64,000 bases of DNA from the NCBI RefSeq assembly GCF_006345805.1, contig NC_043002.1:113894001-113958000 (forward strand), given 5' to 3'. Shown here in pieces: positions 37,330-51,317 of the stretch. The first letter of the stretch is position 1, and the number at the start of each line of letters is the position of its first letter. The notes below the pieces were generated by a model, which was not told the origin of the DNA, did not search any database, and saw nothing but the letters and a program-made list of their open reading frames with translations. The translations under genes were made by a program, and so were the position numbers. Origin of the DNA: Octopus sinensis. Lineage: Eukaryota.

Positions 37330-39032
37330 GAAATCGTATTTTAGAGTAATTTCATCACAGTCATTTAAAAGCTACCCAAAGAAGATACAATGAAAACTGT
37401 ATTTTATAGTTAATATATAAGCAGAGGTATTTTTTTTCCACCACTTTTTCCATTTTTTTACCCCACGATAAAAAACAAAAATCTTGAAAAAATCTCCACC
37501 TTACTGCAATTAGCTGTTTAATTAAGCTAACTACTAATATGTGCATGTTGCAACACTCCTGAGCCTTATCTACCTGCACATGTAAAAACAACTCGATTCT
37601 AGCGTTTTTCACTGATACGTAGGGCATTTTATAGTGGAAATATTAAAATATGGGTTAATGTGTAAACTTTGTCCTTCATTTCTAACTTCACTGTAAAGGA
37701 TTTTACAACCACTTTTAATAGTATTTCACATTTCAGATAAATTACAGTTCTCTGTTACTACAAAACACATTGTGTTTGATACTCTGTGATGTGATTCAAT
37801 TATTGAAACACAACAAAATTATTTGTTCCAATCTAAAGTAACAAGTGAGATTACCATTTTTTTTTTAATAGAGTGTACAGGTATAGCGGTTACCAGTTTT
37901 ATTATATAGCGGAGGTTTTCTGGTTGGTTTGATTACTGTTAGTGTAACACTACTTTATTATGTTTCCTATTTGGAAATAGATAAATATATTTAGCTTTTG
38001 TTGTAGGGATATATAATGATAAAACCATCACTTATAACTTACTTATAAGTGTTATCATTTATATGTAAATCCTGACTCCAGCTACATAAACGCCATAGCG
38101 AGAAATATATTTTCTGGAACGCTAATGGACAGTATGCATGCATGTATGTTGAATATAAATTATTTCATGTTCTTTTAACCACTATAAAAAAATACAGTTT
38201 CATAATTACAGAAATACATTTCATTAATAAGTTGAAGAAAGTGAAGAAAGAGAAAATAATTACTACATTATTTTATTTATGTAAATATAGCATTTTTAAT
38301 ATTTATAATACAATTTGAAGTAAAGTAATTTTGTCATAGAGAATTACGACTTAATATTTTAGCTAACTAATTCCTCATTCTAACTATTATAGATCTCAAC
38401 AATTCAAACAAGTCTTGTTGGATTTTTCATAGACATGGCATAAAAAAATAACCAATGTCTCAAAGGAGTGAGTATCGTGGAGTTTAGTTACATCCCACAA
38501 ACACTAAAGTTTTTCCCAAAATCCAGGGTTTTTATAACTGTTCAACTTGTCTTTAAAGAATTCAAATCACATAAAAATATTCTTTAACTAATTTTTAGAA
38601 TTCCTATATGAGCAGTTATATCAACCAATGGGAAAACAACAATCATATTTCTTCGGCAATACGACATTACGTCATATTGTCAGCCACCACAAATTGGCGC
38701 TACTATTTGAAAATGGCTACACGCTACACAGGATATATGCTACAGATGTGAAAACTTATTGGGTGAGTACACACATGTAGGTACATTCATTCTTCCAAGT
38801 GTACTGTTATCATTATTCCCAAGTTCAGCAAAACTATGTCATTTTGACATATGGGTAGAGGAATATATTCAACCTACAAAGTAGATATAATCCTAAACAC
38901 TTTTGTTGTAACATAGTAAAGTGGTGATCCACAAAAGTATTTGAAGAGCCCCTGAAGAAGTTTTGTTTTAGATGTATGTATTTGTATGTATTGCAAGAAA
39001 CAGCTAGGCTTCTTTCTCGAACATTTTACATA

Positions 39033-39431
39033 GGCGTAGGAGTGGCTGTGTGATAAGTAGCTTGTTTTAAACCACATGGTTCTGGGTTCAGTCCCACTGC
39101 ATGGCACCTTGGGCAAGTGTTTTCTACTAAAGCCTCGGATCGACCAAAGCCTTGCGAGTAGATTTGGTAGACAGAAACTGAAAGAAGCCCATCGTATATA
39201 TGTATATATATGTGTGTGTTTGTGTGTGTGTGTGTCTATGTTTGTTCCCCCAACATCGCTTGACAACCGATGCTGGTGTGTTTACGTCACCGTAACTTAG
39301 CAGTTCGGCAAACACGACCAATAGAATAAGTACTACGCTTACAAAGAATAAGTCCTGGGATCGATTTGCTCGACTAAAGGCGGTGCTCCAGCATGGCCAC
39401 AGTCAAATGACTGAAACAAGTAAAAGAGTAA
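39033..39431 (+). mobile_element. Full-length SINE family A
   Basis: Full-length match. Confidence 0.92.
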
Positions 39432-40159
39432 AAAAAGAGAGAGAGTCAACCTACACAAGTTAATGCGTGAAAAACAAAATAGGAATTTGAAAAACACATC
39501 TGGGGGAGGGGGGTCCACCAGAATAAAATAGTAATCAAAGGTGCCCATAGATAAAAAAAAAAAATGGTTGAGAACCTCTGTTATGCTCTTGGAAAGCCCA
39601 TTCTATGATGCATAGTTCATGTAAAACAGACATTACAGAAAGGAGAAGTGATATTTCTGAAAGCTATATATAAAGCACCATCTGGTATTGGATAGTAATA
39701 AAAGTCAGTAGTGATTTACTGTTTACTACCAACCCCTCCCTATCTCCTTCCAGCAACAGATGAACACTGCATTGGAGGAAGAAAGAAAAAAGAAAAGAAA
39801 AAAACAAGCTTCTAACACTGAATATTTTGTGTGACTAGAAATTTTCAAGTGAAGAGATTTTAAAAGTGAGTGAAACATAAACAAGTCACATGCTGTGCTG
39901 AACATTTGGAAATACAGATTGCTGTATAATCTCAATTCTATATTCTGATTATCGCTTCTGTTTACATTCTATTTACCAGATTACCAATACACAGGTTAGC
40001 TTTGTAACTGAAGACGTTTCTATAATGTTGTGCAAAATATTCTCTCATTTCTCTGACTGCTGTTGTAATGGCTTAACTGAGAAATTAGAGTGACCTGAAT
40101 GATAATAATAATAATAATCTTTGTGAGTGGATTTGGTAGATGGAAACTGAAAGAAGCCT

Positions 40160-40335
40160 CACGTAAAAAGCACCCACTACACTCACGGAGTGGTTGGCGT
40201 TAGAAAGGGCATCCAGCCATAGAAACACTGCCAGATCAGACTGGGCCTGATGCAGCCTTCTGGCTTCACAGACCCCAGTTGAACCGTCCAACCCATGCTA
40301 GCATGGAAAGCGGACGCTAAATGATGATGATGATG
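40160..40335 (+). mobile_element. RTE LINE 3' end with (TGA)n tail, within SINE family A pieces
   Basis: gtaaaaagcacccactacactcacgg...catgctagcatggaaagcggacgctaaatgatgatg. Confidence 0.88.
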
Positions 40336-40357
40336 ATACACATATATATGACAGCAA

Positions 40358-40390
<33 letters not shown>

Positions 40391-40854
40391 TATATAAATA
40401 TTTGCTGTCATATATATATGTGTGTGTGTGTGTGTGTTTGACTCCTCTCCATCACTTGACAGCCAATGGTGTGTTTACGTACCCTTAACTTAGTAGCTCA
40501 GCAAAAGAGACCAACAGAATAAGTAGTAAACTAACAAAGAATAAGTCCCAGGGTTAATTTGCTCGACTAAAGGCAGTGCTCCAGCATGGCTTCAGTCAAA
40601 TGACTGAAACAAGTAAAAGAATAAAAGAATATACACACACACACACAAACACATGCACATACATTATCAATTGCACACAATTTCTGGGGCTGCAGCAGAA
40701 CACACTTGGCCAAAGTGTCATGCATGAGGATTGAACTCAAAGCCACATGATTTAGTTTGAAATGTTGTAGATTAATACTGAAAGCAAATATATGGTAGCA
40801 AGCTGGCAGAATAACATATTCAACTAACCTATGGTAGCTAGGGAAAACAGGCAT

Positions 40855-41012
40855 ACAATTTTTCCGAGTTCTTTTACAGGGTTTAGAAAAACTGAAGGAC
40901 CACTGCAATAAGTGTGTGAATCTGAGAGGGGATTATGTTGAATAAAATCATAACTGATCTTCTCGTATTTTCTCTTACCCAAAACCAGGAACTTCCCAGC
41001 ACACCCTTGAGT
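40855..41012 (+). mobile_element. Tc1/mariner 3' end (transposase C-terminal stub and probable TIR)
   Basis: 40871-40945 translates LLQGLEKLKDHCNKCVNLRGDYVE*, matching the mariner C-terminal G..KL..RW.KC....G.Y.E pattern. Confidence 0.65.
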
Positions 41013-41599
41013 ATGTACACACACACACACTTCCAAATCTACATGCTCATATGTTTATCAGTTAATCAACTGTATTAACAATAATCACATAATGAAAATT
41101 ATTCATAGTTATTTTTAGGATCTTAATTTGCCTTAAACTGTAAATCTATTGTCTGTGGATTTGGTGTGAAATCCCAAATTAACTTTACAACTAATCCTGG
41201 CTGAATAATAATGCTATGTCAATTACAATGTTAAGCTGAAACTTTCGTCATCATCATCATCATGGCTTTAACGTCCTCTTTTCAATGCTTGCATGGGCCA
41301 GACAGAATGTGTTGGACCTGAGCTTTTACAACCCTTTCTGTCAGCAGCTCTCACCTGTTTCCACGGAAGGTAATATTTCATCATAGCTGCATGTGTTTTC
41401 ATGGAAGATTGGAAATACAGGATGATGCCCATATGATGGTAGTACCTGTTTACAACAATCACACAATGTCAGAACAGGGGGACACCAACTCAGACACGTG
41501 CGCGTGTGTATGTGTGTGTGACAGGCTTCCTTTGTTCCCATTTACCAGATTTACTCACAAGGCTTTGGTCAGCCTGGAGCCATAAAAGACACTTGCCCA

Positions 41600-41814
41600 A
41601 GGCAGCGAGCTGGCAGAATCGTTAGCACACCGGGCGAAATGCTTAGCTGTTACGTTCTGAGTTCAAATTCCGCTGAGGTCGACTTTGCCTTTCATCCTTT
41701 CGGGGTCGATAAATAAAGTACCAGTTAAGCACTGGGATCGATGTAATCGACTTAATCCCTTTGTCTGTCCATGTTTGTCCCCTATATGTTTAGCCCTTTG
41801 TAGGCAATAAAGAA
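41600..41814 (+). mobile_element. SINE family B inserted in a SINE family A remnant with an 18-bp target-site duplication
   Basis: ATAAAAGACACTTGCCCA at 41582-41599 and 41815-41832. Confidence 0.92.
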
Positions 41815-41903
41815 ATAAAAGACACTTGCCCACAGTTGGACTAAACCTAGAACCAAAGAGTGAGGAAGTAATCTTCTTACTACAGCACCATACCTGCACT
41901 TAA

Positions 41904-42124
41904 CCCTTTCGTTACTGTATTTATTTTCAGATACTCTGAGTTTCTTCCAATTACTTTAAATATAACAAAGAATTTAGTAAAATAACTTAGCTATCATTAA
42001 GCTAGTGTTAGGAACATAAATTGTGACTAAGGTTTGGTGGAAGATTTTAATTCAGAACTAATGAAAACAAGACATTTATACTGCAGGGTCAGAGCCGGTT
42101 TCAGCCGGGTTGGTAATGAAAGGG
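41904..42124 (+). mobile_element. piggyBac-type MITE family 1 (221 bp)
   Basis: TTAA-CCCTTTCGTTAC...GTAATGAAAGGG-TTAA. Confidence 0.92.
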
Positions 42125-43731
42125 TTAATATGATAAAAATTAAAGTCAGCTTTCTGAATAGTTTTGTAGTCTTCAAATCAGTAAAGATTTTGTTATATAT
42201 ATAATGTTTAAGTTTGATGAATTCTCAAAGTCTCCCAGAGTTTACTTTATAACAAAAATTTATCATTACATCAAATGATACTTCTCATTCAAAAAGTACT
42301 AAGGTACTTGTATAATTCTACTGATTATTTAGAGAAAATAAATAAATAAATAAACACATCTGCTTCATTTGAATTGCTGTTCAAAGCATACATTAACCAG
42401 GATTTCTATTCAGCTTTTTAAGTCCTACTTGAAGACATTTGAACAGACTGGTTGCATTAATCACATGAACATTCATACAAATAGAATCACTATTGAAAAG
42501 AAACAACCACACAAACAAAATCAATAATTCTGCTGTTTTAACTTCATGAACTCCTCCTTTACTTTCTGTTTTGTTAATCAGGCTGTCCTGCTATGAATAT
42601 TTTTGATATTTTGCAAATGTTGTGTATATGAATCTTGTAGTATGCGAAGATGTTGATGATGTGTAGGGCAGCCAATATCAATAGTACAAGTGTTGATTGC
42701 AACTGAAGTCTAAATTTATTGAAGCATTTCTGATGAGATGTGTTATGTTTTTTATAAATGCAGTAAAGTCTCATACATATAATATTGTGAGCTGAAAAAT
42801 TGGCCATTTGAGATTATGCAAACTATTTGCAGACAAAAATTCCCTACGATGTTTAAAATCTAAAACCACACAAGTGATATAAAAACTCTATTAGGATTAG
42901 GTGAGGGAATTTTTTTAAGCAATAATATAGACAATGCAGATTAAAACGAATCTGGTTTTTAAAGTCAACAAGTGAAATCCACATACATGTTTCAGTCTAA
43001 TTAGTCCTCCTCAGTTGAGATTTGATAGGATGACTAAAACTAAATCCTCTCTAAGCATAAAGTTGAGTTTCTTAAATAGATATTCATCTCAGCACCAGAC
43101 TTTGTTTTGGACATTTGAAGAGCATGTATCATCATTCAACACTATTATTATATTTGAGTAAAGGTATGATTAAAGTATACTACTACTAACACATGCATTG
43201 TGAAATGATGTTTACAACATACATTACACTGTATTTCACACCAGAATACTTTTAGAAGAGGCAATATTCCCAGTCCTATTCAGATGAAAATTAATCTCAT
43301 TAGCTTAATCCCACTGAGTCATAAGCTTTATCCAAACCTACGGAGAAGTTTTTTTAACAGTCATGTTGAAGCAATCATTATTGATCACTCTCATGTTCTC
43401 TTATTATTTCACAATGAAACTCATCTCCACATCAATATTCCTATGTTTACAATCTCCAAACAGTTGGTTAATAAACAAACTTAGTTTTCATTGCAGGTTT
43501 TGAAAATAATTTCAAAATATTTTCCACTGATTTTGAGTTTATTTTTCATCAGTTTAAAGATTGTGTCTTATATCATAATTTCTTGTCCTTGTAATTGCTT
43601 CTTTTAATATTTTCTTATGCTAGCAGTCTTCCAGATAGTTGTGACCATACAAACAGTACAAAGATCTGGTAACATTTTGTATGACAGGAAGAAATTTCTG
43701 ATATGTAATAAAATGTCTTTTATTAAATTAC

Positions 43732-43963
43732 CTATTTCTTTACTACCCACAAGGGGCTAAACACAGAGAGGACAAACAAGGACAGACAAACGGATTAAGT
43801 CGATTATATCGACCCCAGTACGCAACTGGTACTTATTTAATCGACCCCGAAAGGATGAAAGGCAAAGTTGACCTCGGCGGAATTTGAACTCACAACGTAT
43901 TGGCAGACGAAATACCGCTAAGCATTTCGCCCGGTGTGCTAACGTTTCTGCCAGCTCGCCGCC
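43732..43963 (-). mobile_element. Full-length SINE family B
   Basis: Full-length match. Flanks tattaaattacc / tattagattacc are a probable target-site duplication. Confidence 0.93.
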
Positions 43964-44204
43964 GTCTCTTATTAGATTACCATTAAAGTAATGAGCAGGC
44001 AGAATCATTAGCATGCCAGAAAATATGCTTAGCAGCATTTTCCCTAGTTCTTTATGTTTTGAGTTCAAATTCTGCTATGGTATACTCTGTCTCATCCTTT
44101 CAAAGTCAATAAAATAAGTACCCACTAAAATTGTTGGCTTTGTGCCAAATTTTGAAACCATTGTTACATTGTCACTAAATTTCAATGATTATTTCCTTTT
44201 TTAA

Positions 44205-44335
44205 CCCTTTTGCATTCAGATTACTCTGTCAAATGCAATACTTATTTATTCATATTGTTTTGAATTAATCATGCATTATCTTCTAGTTTTGATATTTTGA
44301 TGATGTGAGTGTTTATTTTTAAAATGACACCCCTA
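44205..44335 (+). mobile_element. Partial piggyBac-type MITE family 2
   Basis: TTAA-CCCTTTTGCATTCAGATTACTCTGTCAAATG, left end only. Confidence 0.75.
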
Positions 44336-45207
44336 CACCATGAAAATAAAATAAGACCAAGTGTTGTCACAGATGTACAAAAAGTTGGGATGGTCACAGC
44401 TGGGGTGTCTTTAATTATAGGGCTGCTTAATCAGGGCTGATCTGGGACTAAATAACAAACTCTAGTAATATTGTCCAATTCTTTGAATTTGAAAACTTTG
44501 CAAAATTACAATTCTAGAGCTCATACACAACCCAAGTGAAGTAACATCACATAGAGCTATTTCATGTCTATATAGACTCAAATATTTTAGAAAGCCTCAT
44601 CATTAATATCACTAAACCACTCTTTATATTGCAACATACGTTAAGACCACTACATTCAACTATTTCATCAATCACAAATAATATATGACAACTTCCACAT
44701 TGAAAAAACTCTCTACTCAACTCCTTTGCTTGATATCCATTTGAATACAAAATACTCAATATCTTAGAAAATAATTCAAACTGCTGGGTAGTAAACTACC
44801 AGTATGCCACCAATCCTAGTAGTCAATTTTTCTTGTGGTATGATGGATTTTGTGGGAGCAATTGCTCTTATAGTTGGGTGTTTTCTAAAATAAACCAGTC
44901 AACCATGAAATACAATTGTAAACTATTATTTATAGGTCAAGCAAGCTGGAGGAAGCAAAGTTACTCTGATGAATGTGTGTCAGGAGTTGATGTTGGAATG
45001 TACTTATAGTACAAAGAGACTAAAGAAGACTTATAAAAAACTTGATAACATTGGCTGCCATAGGAGAAATGATGCAGAACTGATACAATTTGAGAATTGC
45101 TATATTACAGACCCAACTCATGTATGGCAAATAGGAAGATGGCAAAAAATTGTGAACTTTAAATCTATTACCTCTATTGGTTACATGTTTAACCCATTTG
45201 GCTTTTA

Positions 45208-45607
45208 GGTGTAGAATTGGCTGTGTGGTAAGTAGTTTGCTTACCAACCACATGGTTCCAGGTTCATTCCCACTGCATGGCACCTTGGGCAAGTGTCTTC
45301 TGCTATAGCCTCGGGCCGACCAAAGCCTTGTGAGAGGACTTGGTAGACGGAAACCGAAAGAAGCCCGTCGTGTATATATATGTATGTATGTGTGTGTGTT
45401 TATGTGTTTGTTTTTGTCCACCCAACATTGCTTGACAACCGATGCTGGTGTGTTTACATCCCTGTACCTTAGCAGATCAGCAAAAGAGACCGATAAAATA
45501 AGTACTAGGCTTACAAAGAATAAGTCCTGGGGTCGATTTGCTCAACTAAAGGTGGTGCTCCAGCATGGCTGCCGTCAAATGACTGAAACAAGTAAAAGAG
45601 TAAAAGA
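45208..45607 (+). mobile_element. Full-length SINE family A
   Basis: Full-length match. Confidence 0.9.
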
Positions 45608-45747
45608 GGTACCAACTGACTTGAGATTACCTAATACAAGATTTTCTATGATGAAAACCTCTAGTTTTAAACTGATTGAAATTAAAACCTTCCGTTGAAA
45701 TTTCATGTTCTTTTATGTTCCAAACACCAGCTTAATAACAAAAGTTC

Positions 45748-46290
45748 ATCATCATCATCATCGTTTAACGTCCGTTCTCCATGCTAACATGGGTTGGACG
45801 GTTCGACCAGGGATCTGGGAAGCCAGAAGGCTGCACCAGGCTCCAGTCTTATCTGGCAGTGTTTCTACAGCTGGATGCCCTTCCTGACGCGAACCACTTC
45901 GTGAGTGTAGTGGGTGCTTTTTACGTGCCACCTGCACAGGTGCCAGGCGAGGCTGGCAACAGCCATGGTCGGATTGGTGCATTTTACGTGCCACCGGCAC
46001 GGAAGCCAGTCGAGGCGGCACAGGCATCGGCCACGATTCGGATGGTGCTTTTTACGTGCCACCAGTCCAGGGGTCCTGGCATCTGCCGGGTGCCACTCAT
46101 AGGATTGGTTCAATTTCGATTCCGATTTCGATTTCGATTTCACTTGCCCCAACAGGTCTTCGCAAGCAAAGGGGGTTGGCATAGGTGCCTGTCGTCGGAT
46201 GAGGTTTGATATCGACTTCGCTTGCCTCAACAGGTCTTTGTGTCCAAGGGAGGAAAGGCATGCATAAGTGGGCTGGACTCACTTGTCCTG
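45748..46290 (-). mobile_element. RTE LINE 3'UTR, CpG-rich and probably young, with three internal units of about 62 bp
   Basis: (CAT)n-cgtttaacgtccg... tail and a repeated ggtgc(t)ttttacgtgccacc. Confidence 0.88.
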
Positions 46291-47086
46291 CCTGGTCTTT
46301 TATTAAATTCTTCATTAATTTCAAAATTAATTGAAACCAAAGTAGTGCAATTCAACAGAAATGTAGTAATGAAAAGCTTAAATCAACATCAATATCTATA
46401 ATAATTAGCTGCTTAACGAGATGGAACAGACTCAGTTATAAAAGTTTTTGTTTAAAAGATTCAGTCATCCTATGTACTGTGTGTTAAATTTCTCATTTGC
46501 TTCTCTAATTTCTTCAGTTAATGCAAGAACCTCACTCCAAGAGCTTCATAATCTATATCTTGTCTGTCTTATAAATGAACTACTTGTTAATTTTCACATC
46601 ATCAAATTCTCATTTGAGATCTCATTCTTCCACGGTGAAATTTTCTGCTCACACCTTTATAATAACCATCATCATCGTCGTCATCATTCAAAGCCCAGTT
46701 TTCATTGCTTGCATGGATCAGATGAAATTTTTTGAGGCAGATTTTCTGCAGCCAAATGCCCTTCCTGTTGCTAACCTTTACCCATTTCCAAGCAAGATAA
46801 CATTTCCCTATGGCCAGACATGTTTTTCACAGAAGACTAGAAACAAACAACCTTGCCTGGATAACCATGATACTTGATTACTAACACCATGTGACATATA
46901 GACAAGACACACACACACACACAATGGGCTTCTTTAATTTCTTGACTGGTACTTTATCAACTTTGGAAAATGAATGGACAAGTTGATCTCAGTGGCAAAA
47001 CAAATACTGCAAGGCATTTTGTCTAATACTTGAATAATTCTGCCAGTTCACTCACTGCCCTACTTTCCTCTATAACAATAATAATA

Positions 47087-47118
<32 letters not shown>

Positions 47119-47119
47119 C

Positions 47120-47490
47120 TTAAATTTTTGCCACAAGGGTAGCTTGGAGGAGGTGGGGATGAGTCAATAACATCAATCCCAGTGTTCAATTGGTACTTAT
47201 TTTATCAACCCCAAAAGAATGAATGACAAAGTCGACCTTGGTGGAATTTGAACTCAGAACGTAGTGATGGACAAAATACAGCTATGCATTTTGTCCAGCA
47301 TGCTAACAATTCTGCCAGCTCGCTTTCTACTACAGGTACAAAGCCTGAAATTTTGGAGGAGGGCACAAGTCAAAGACATCAACCCCAAAAGAATGAAGGG
47401 CAAAGTCAACCTTGGCAGAATTTGAACTCAAGACAAAGACAGACGAAATGTCAATAAGCATTTTGCCTGGCATGCTGATGATTCTGCCAG
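47120..47490 (-). mobile_element. Composite degenerate SINE family B copies
   Basis: Two aaagtc(g/a)accttgg...gaatttgaactca segments. Confidence 0.8.
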
Positions 47491-47509
47491 TTCAAATAAT
47501 GATTATAAT

Positions 47510-47790
47510 AATAATCATCATCTTCATTTAACGTCCGTTTTCCATGCTAGCATGGGTTGGACGGTTCGACTGGGGTCTGGGAAGCCAGGAGGCTGCACCA
47601 GGCTCCAGTCTGATCTGGCAGTGTTTCTACAGCTGGATGCCATTCCTAACGCCAACCACTCCATGAGTGTAGTGGGTGCTTTTATGTGTCACCGACACAG
47701 ACGCGAGTCAGGCAGTGCTGCCATCTGCCACGTTCAGACGGTGCTTTTAACGTGTCACTGGCACGGGTATCTTAACTACAATTTCCAGAC
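47510..47790 (-). mobile_element. RTE LINE 3' end
   Basis: Same tail family as 45748 and 51318. Confidence 0.88.
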
Positions 47791-49159
47791 ACAAGGCCTG
47801 AAATCTGTGGGGAAGGGACCAATCAATTACATCAACCCCCGTGTTTCTTTCAGTTTCTATAAATCTGTTCCACTCACAAAGCTTTGGTCAGCCTGAGGCT
47901 ATAGCAGAAGACACTCACCCAAGTTGCTGCACAGCAGGACTGAACCCAAGACAACATGGTTAAAAAGCTTCTTCACCACTAGCTATGCCAACACAGTGAA
48001 ATAAAAAACAAAGCCCTTATGGTTGGAGACAGCAACTTGTAATAAAATATGTATCTGTATTATTTTACAAATTACTGAATATTGAATTACAAAATTTTCA
48101 TTTCACTTCATGGGAAACTCTAAGAGCCAGCACTTAACTCTACGACTCCTGAGTTTTTAAGGTCTAGACATAAATCTTCCCTTATGAAAAATAATGGTCT
48201 ATCATAAGTTGTTGTTGTTGCTATTTAGTCCCATGTCATCTATGATCAACTGTAACTATCCTGTCTGAGTGATTAAGGTGTAGAAACTCCATCTGCTCCT
48301 CAACTCAACAATTTTATTTATTCATCTCAGTCGGCTTTAATGAAAATTTTAAGGGTGTCTGATATTAGAGTACAAATCAAACTATGAGTGTTTGTAGTCT
48401 AACTGAATATAAATAGCCAAGATAATAGTATTACAAAAACACAATTACATTGAGGAAGGCACGCTGCTCAATTATGAGGAGATGTAACTAAGAATTTAGT
48501 TTTTTGGAGACACTAGAATCAATGTAAAGATAGGAAGTGTAGGATAATTTCAAGCAGGTCAACAGGAAATCAACACTAAATGCAACCCATACACAGGAAG
48601 AGTTTGAATAGCTTTAAATAAATGAGTATAGTTTATTCTGATGCTTGTCAAAAGTAGTGATGTTGATGGAAATAGTAATAGTTTCAATAAGAGCAAATAG
48701 GTTGTAATATCTATGTGATGTAATTTAATAGGTGAACTAAGCAGTGCAATAGTGTCTATCATGGAAGAAGTTTAAGGAACTCTTGTTGTTTCTATTAATG
48801 ATAAAAGGATTATCAGTCCAGCTGTGGAAACCAAACCAAAACAGACTAAGGAACCTGGTTTAGCCCCTGGCCTTGCCAGTTCCTGCCAAGCCTGGAAAAT
48901 GGACATTAAATGTTGATGATGACTGGTAATGGCAAGGACTGAGATCACTTCAGAAGTGTATATCACATGACGCACAAGTCACAAGAATATAGATCATGTG
49001 ATAAGAGAGAAAGAATGAAGGAAATTGATGCCAGTATTTGACAAGCACTCTATCAACCCAAAAAGGTGGAAAAAGGCTAAAGTTGGCCAAAGCAGGATTT
49101 GGACTAAAAATGCCAAGAGCCAGCTCTAACGACTCTGCAAATTCACCACATAGATCATA

Positions 49160-49540
49160 GGAAGCACTCCGTCGGTTACGACGACGAGGGTTCCAGTTGA
49201 TCCGAATCAACGGAACAGCCTGCTCGTGAAATTAACGTGTAAGTGGCTGAGCACTCCACAGACACGTGCACCCTTAACGCAGTTCTCGGGGATATTCAGC
49301 GTGACACAGAGAGTGACAAGGCCGGCCCTTCTAAATACAGGCACAATAGAAACAGGAAGTAAGAGTGAGAGAAAGTTGTGGTGAAAGAGTACAGCAGGGA
49401 TCACCACCCCCTGCCGGAGCCTCGTGGAGCTTTTAGGTGTTTTCGCTCAATAAACACTCACAACACCCGGTCTGGGAATCGAAACCGCGATCCTATGACC
49501 GCGAGTCCGCTGCCCTAACCACTGGGCCATTGCGCCTCCA
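49160..49540 (-). mobile_element. Full-length SINE family C with a 13-bp target-site duplication
   Basis: CACATAGATCATA at 49147-49159 and 49541-49553. Confidence 0.93.
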
Positions 49541-49789
49541 CACATAGATCATATGATGTGCATGTCAGAATTGTATAGAATAGTATACAATGTCTATGTC
49601 AGAATTGTAGAGAAACAACCTGAGTAGTGGTTTCATCAAACCGCCTCCCCTCCACTTCCTACCAAACATACCAATTACTTTCCTTTTCACAATGTTTCCT
49701 TAACAGAATTTTTAAAACTTCCACCTCTGACCACATATCTCTTACCCCTACAGATGTTCAAACTGAGGACATATTAATAAAGGGACTAG

Positions 49790-49997
49790 ATATTGGTTTC
49801 AAATTTTGGTACAAGGCCAGTAATTTGGGGGGAAGGGGATAAGTCGATTACATCCATCCCACTGTTCAATTGGTACTTATTTTATCGACCCTAAAAGGAT
49901 GAAAGGCAAAGTCAACCTTGGCGGAAATTGAACTCAAAGCATGCAGACAGACAAAATGCTGCTAAGCATGCTAACTATTCTGCCAGCTTGCCACCTT
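49790..49997 (-). mobile_element. SINE family B variant
   Basis: Body and head match family B. Confidence 0.85.
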
Positions 49998-51317
49998 AAG
50001 AAGGGACTATATATTATTAACTGACATTGGTTGTTGTATACACAAGGCTAATCTTTTATCTTTTATCTGTTTCAGTCGTAAGATTGCATCCATACTAGGG
50101 CACCGCCTTGAAGAACTTTTAGTCAAATGAAATGACCCCCAATACTTTTTTCTTTGAAACCTGGTATTTATTATATCAGTCTCTTTTTCCAAACTGCTAT
50201 GTTACAGGGATGTAAACAAACCAACACCAGTTTGTCAAACAGTGGTGGGGGACAAACACAGTCTCCATCTACCAAATCCTTTGGTTGGCCTGAGACTATA
50301 GTAGAAAGCACACTTGCTCAAGGTGCTTTCTACTATCTGGTTGAGAAGCAAGCTTCCTACCACAGAGCCACACCTAATGTTTGTATCATTTATTCTTTTT
50401 TTAGTCACTGTACTAGAACACTACTTTCAAGGCTGTTTAATGCTTTTTCTGTTATTTATCAATCGATCATATCAACCCCGTTACTTATTTCCCTCTGGTA
50501 ATTATTTCATGGATTTCTATCAAACAAACAGTTCAGTTAGCTTTTGACATAAAAGTATGCAACTCAACACAAACTCACATACGACTGAGCGGTTAACAAG
50601 TCTGCAATATATCCACGCAGGATGGTACTTTGTGCAAGTGTCTTCTACTATAGTCTTGAGTTGACCAATGTCATGTGAGCAATATTTGGTAGACAGGAAC
50701 TGTATGGAAGCCCATTTATTTATAAGAGAGAGAGAGAGTGTGTGTGTGTGTGTGTGTTTCCATGCTTTCAAGATGACACCACTGGGGGGCAGTGACGATG
50801 GGCATTTATGTCTGGTCACCCAGCAGTTTCAATATGTGAAGACTAGCTGAATAAAGTACTAAGTTTTTAAAACAAGGGTTGGCATCAGGAAGGGTATCTG
50901 ACCACAGAATACTGCCTCAAGTAATCTTTTCCAACCCCATTCCAGCATGGAAAAAGCAGAGAAAAGAAAGAAAACAAATGCCATGACAACAATGATGACG
51001 ATTTCTCAGTTCCATCTACCAAATTTCTTTCACATGGAATTACTAACTCGATGCCACAGTAGAAACAGTTGTCCAAAGTGTTGTTGCAGAGAGAGAATTG
51101 AACTGAGAATCACATGGCTGTGAAACAGTTGAACCACACAACTATGCCTATATGACAAACTTGTCTGAGATAATTAACAGAATGGCTAAAAATAAATCTG
51201 AATCATGATCATTAGCATCAGACCATAAACATTCAGTGCAACTGAATTAAGAGATAAGATGATACAGGTTGAGAATAAACAGGATTAATTGACCTGATCC
51301 AGTCAACTGAATTTAAT

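Noticed and set aside
9952-42124. All four MITE family 1 copies in the same orientation
   Set aside because: The chance probability is 1 in 8, which is not meaningful.
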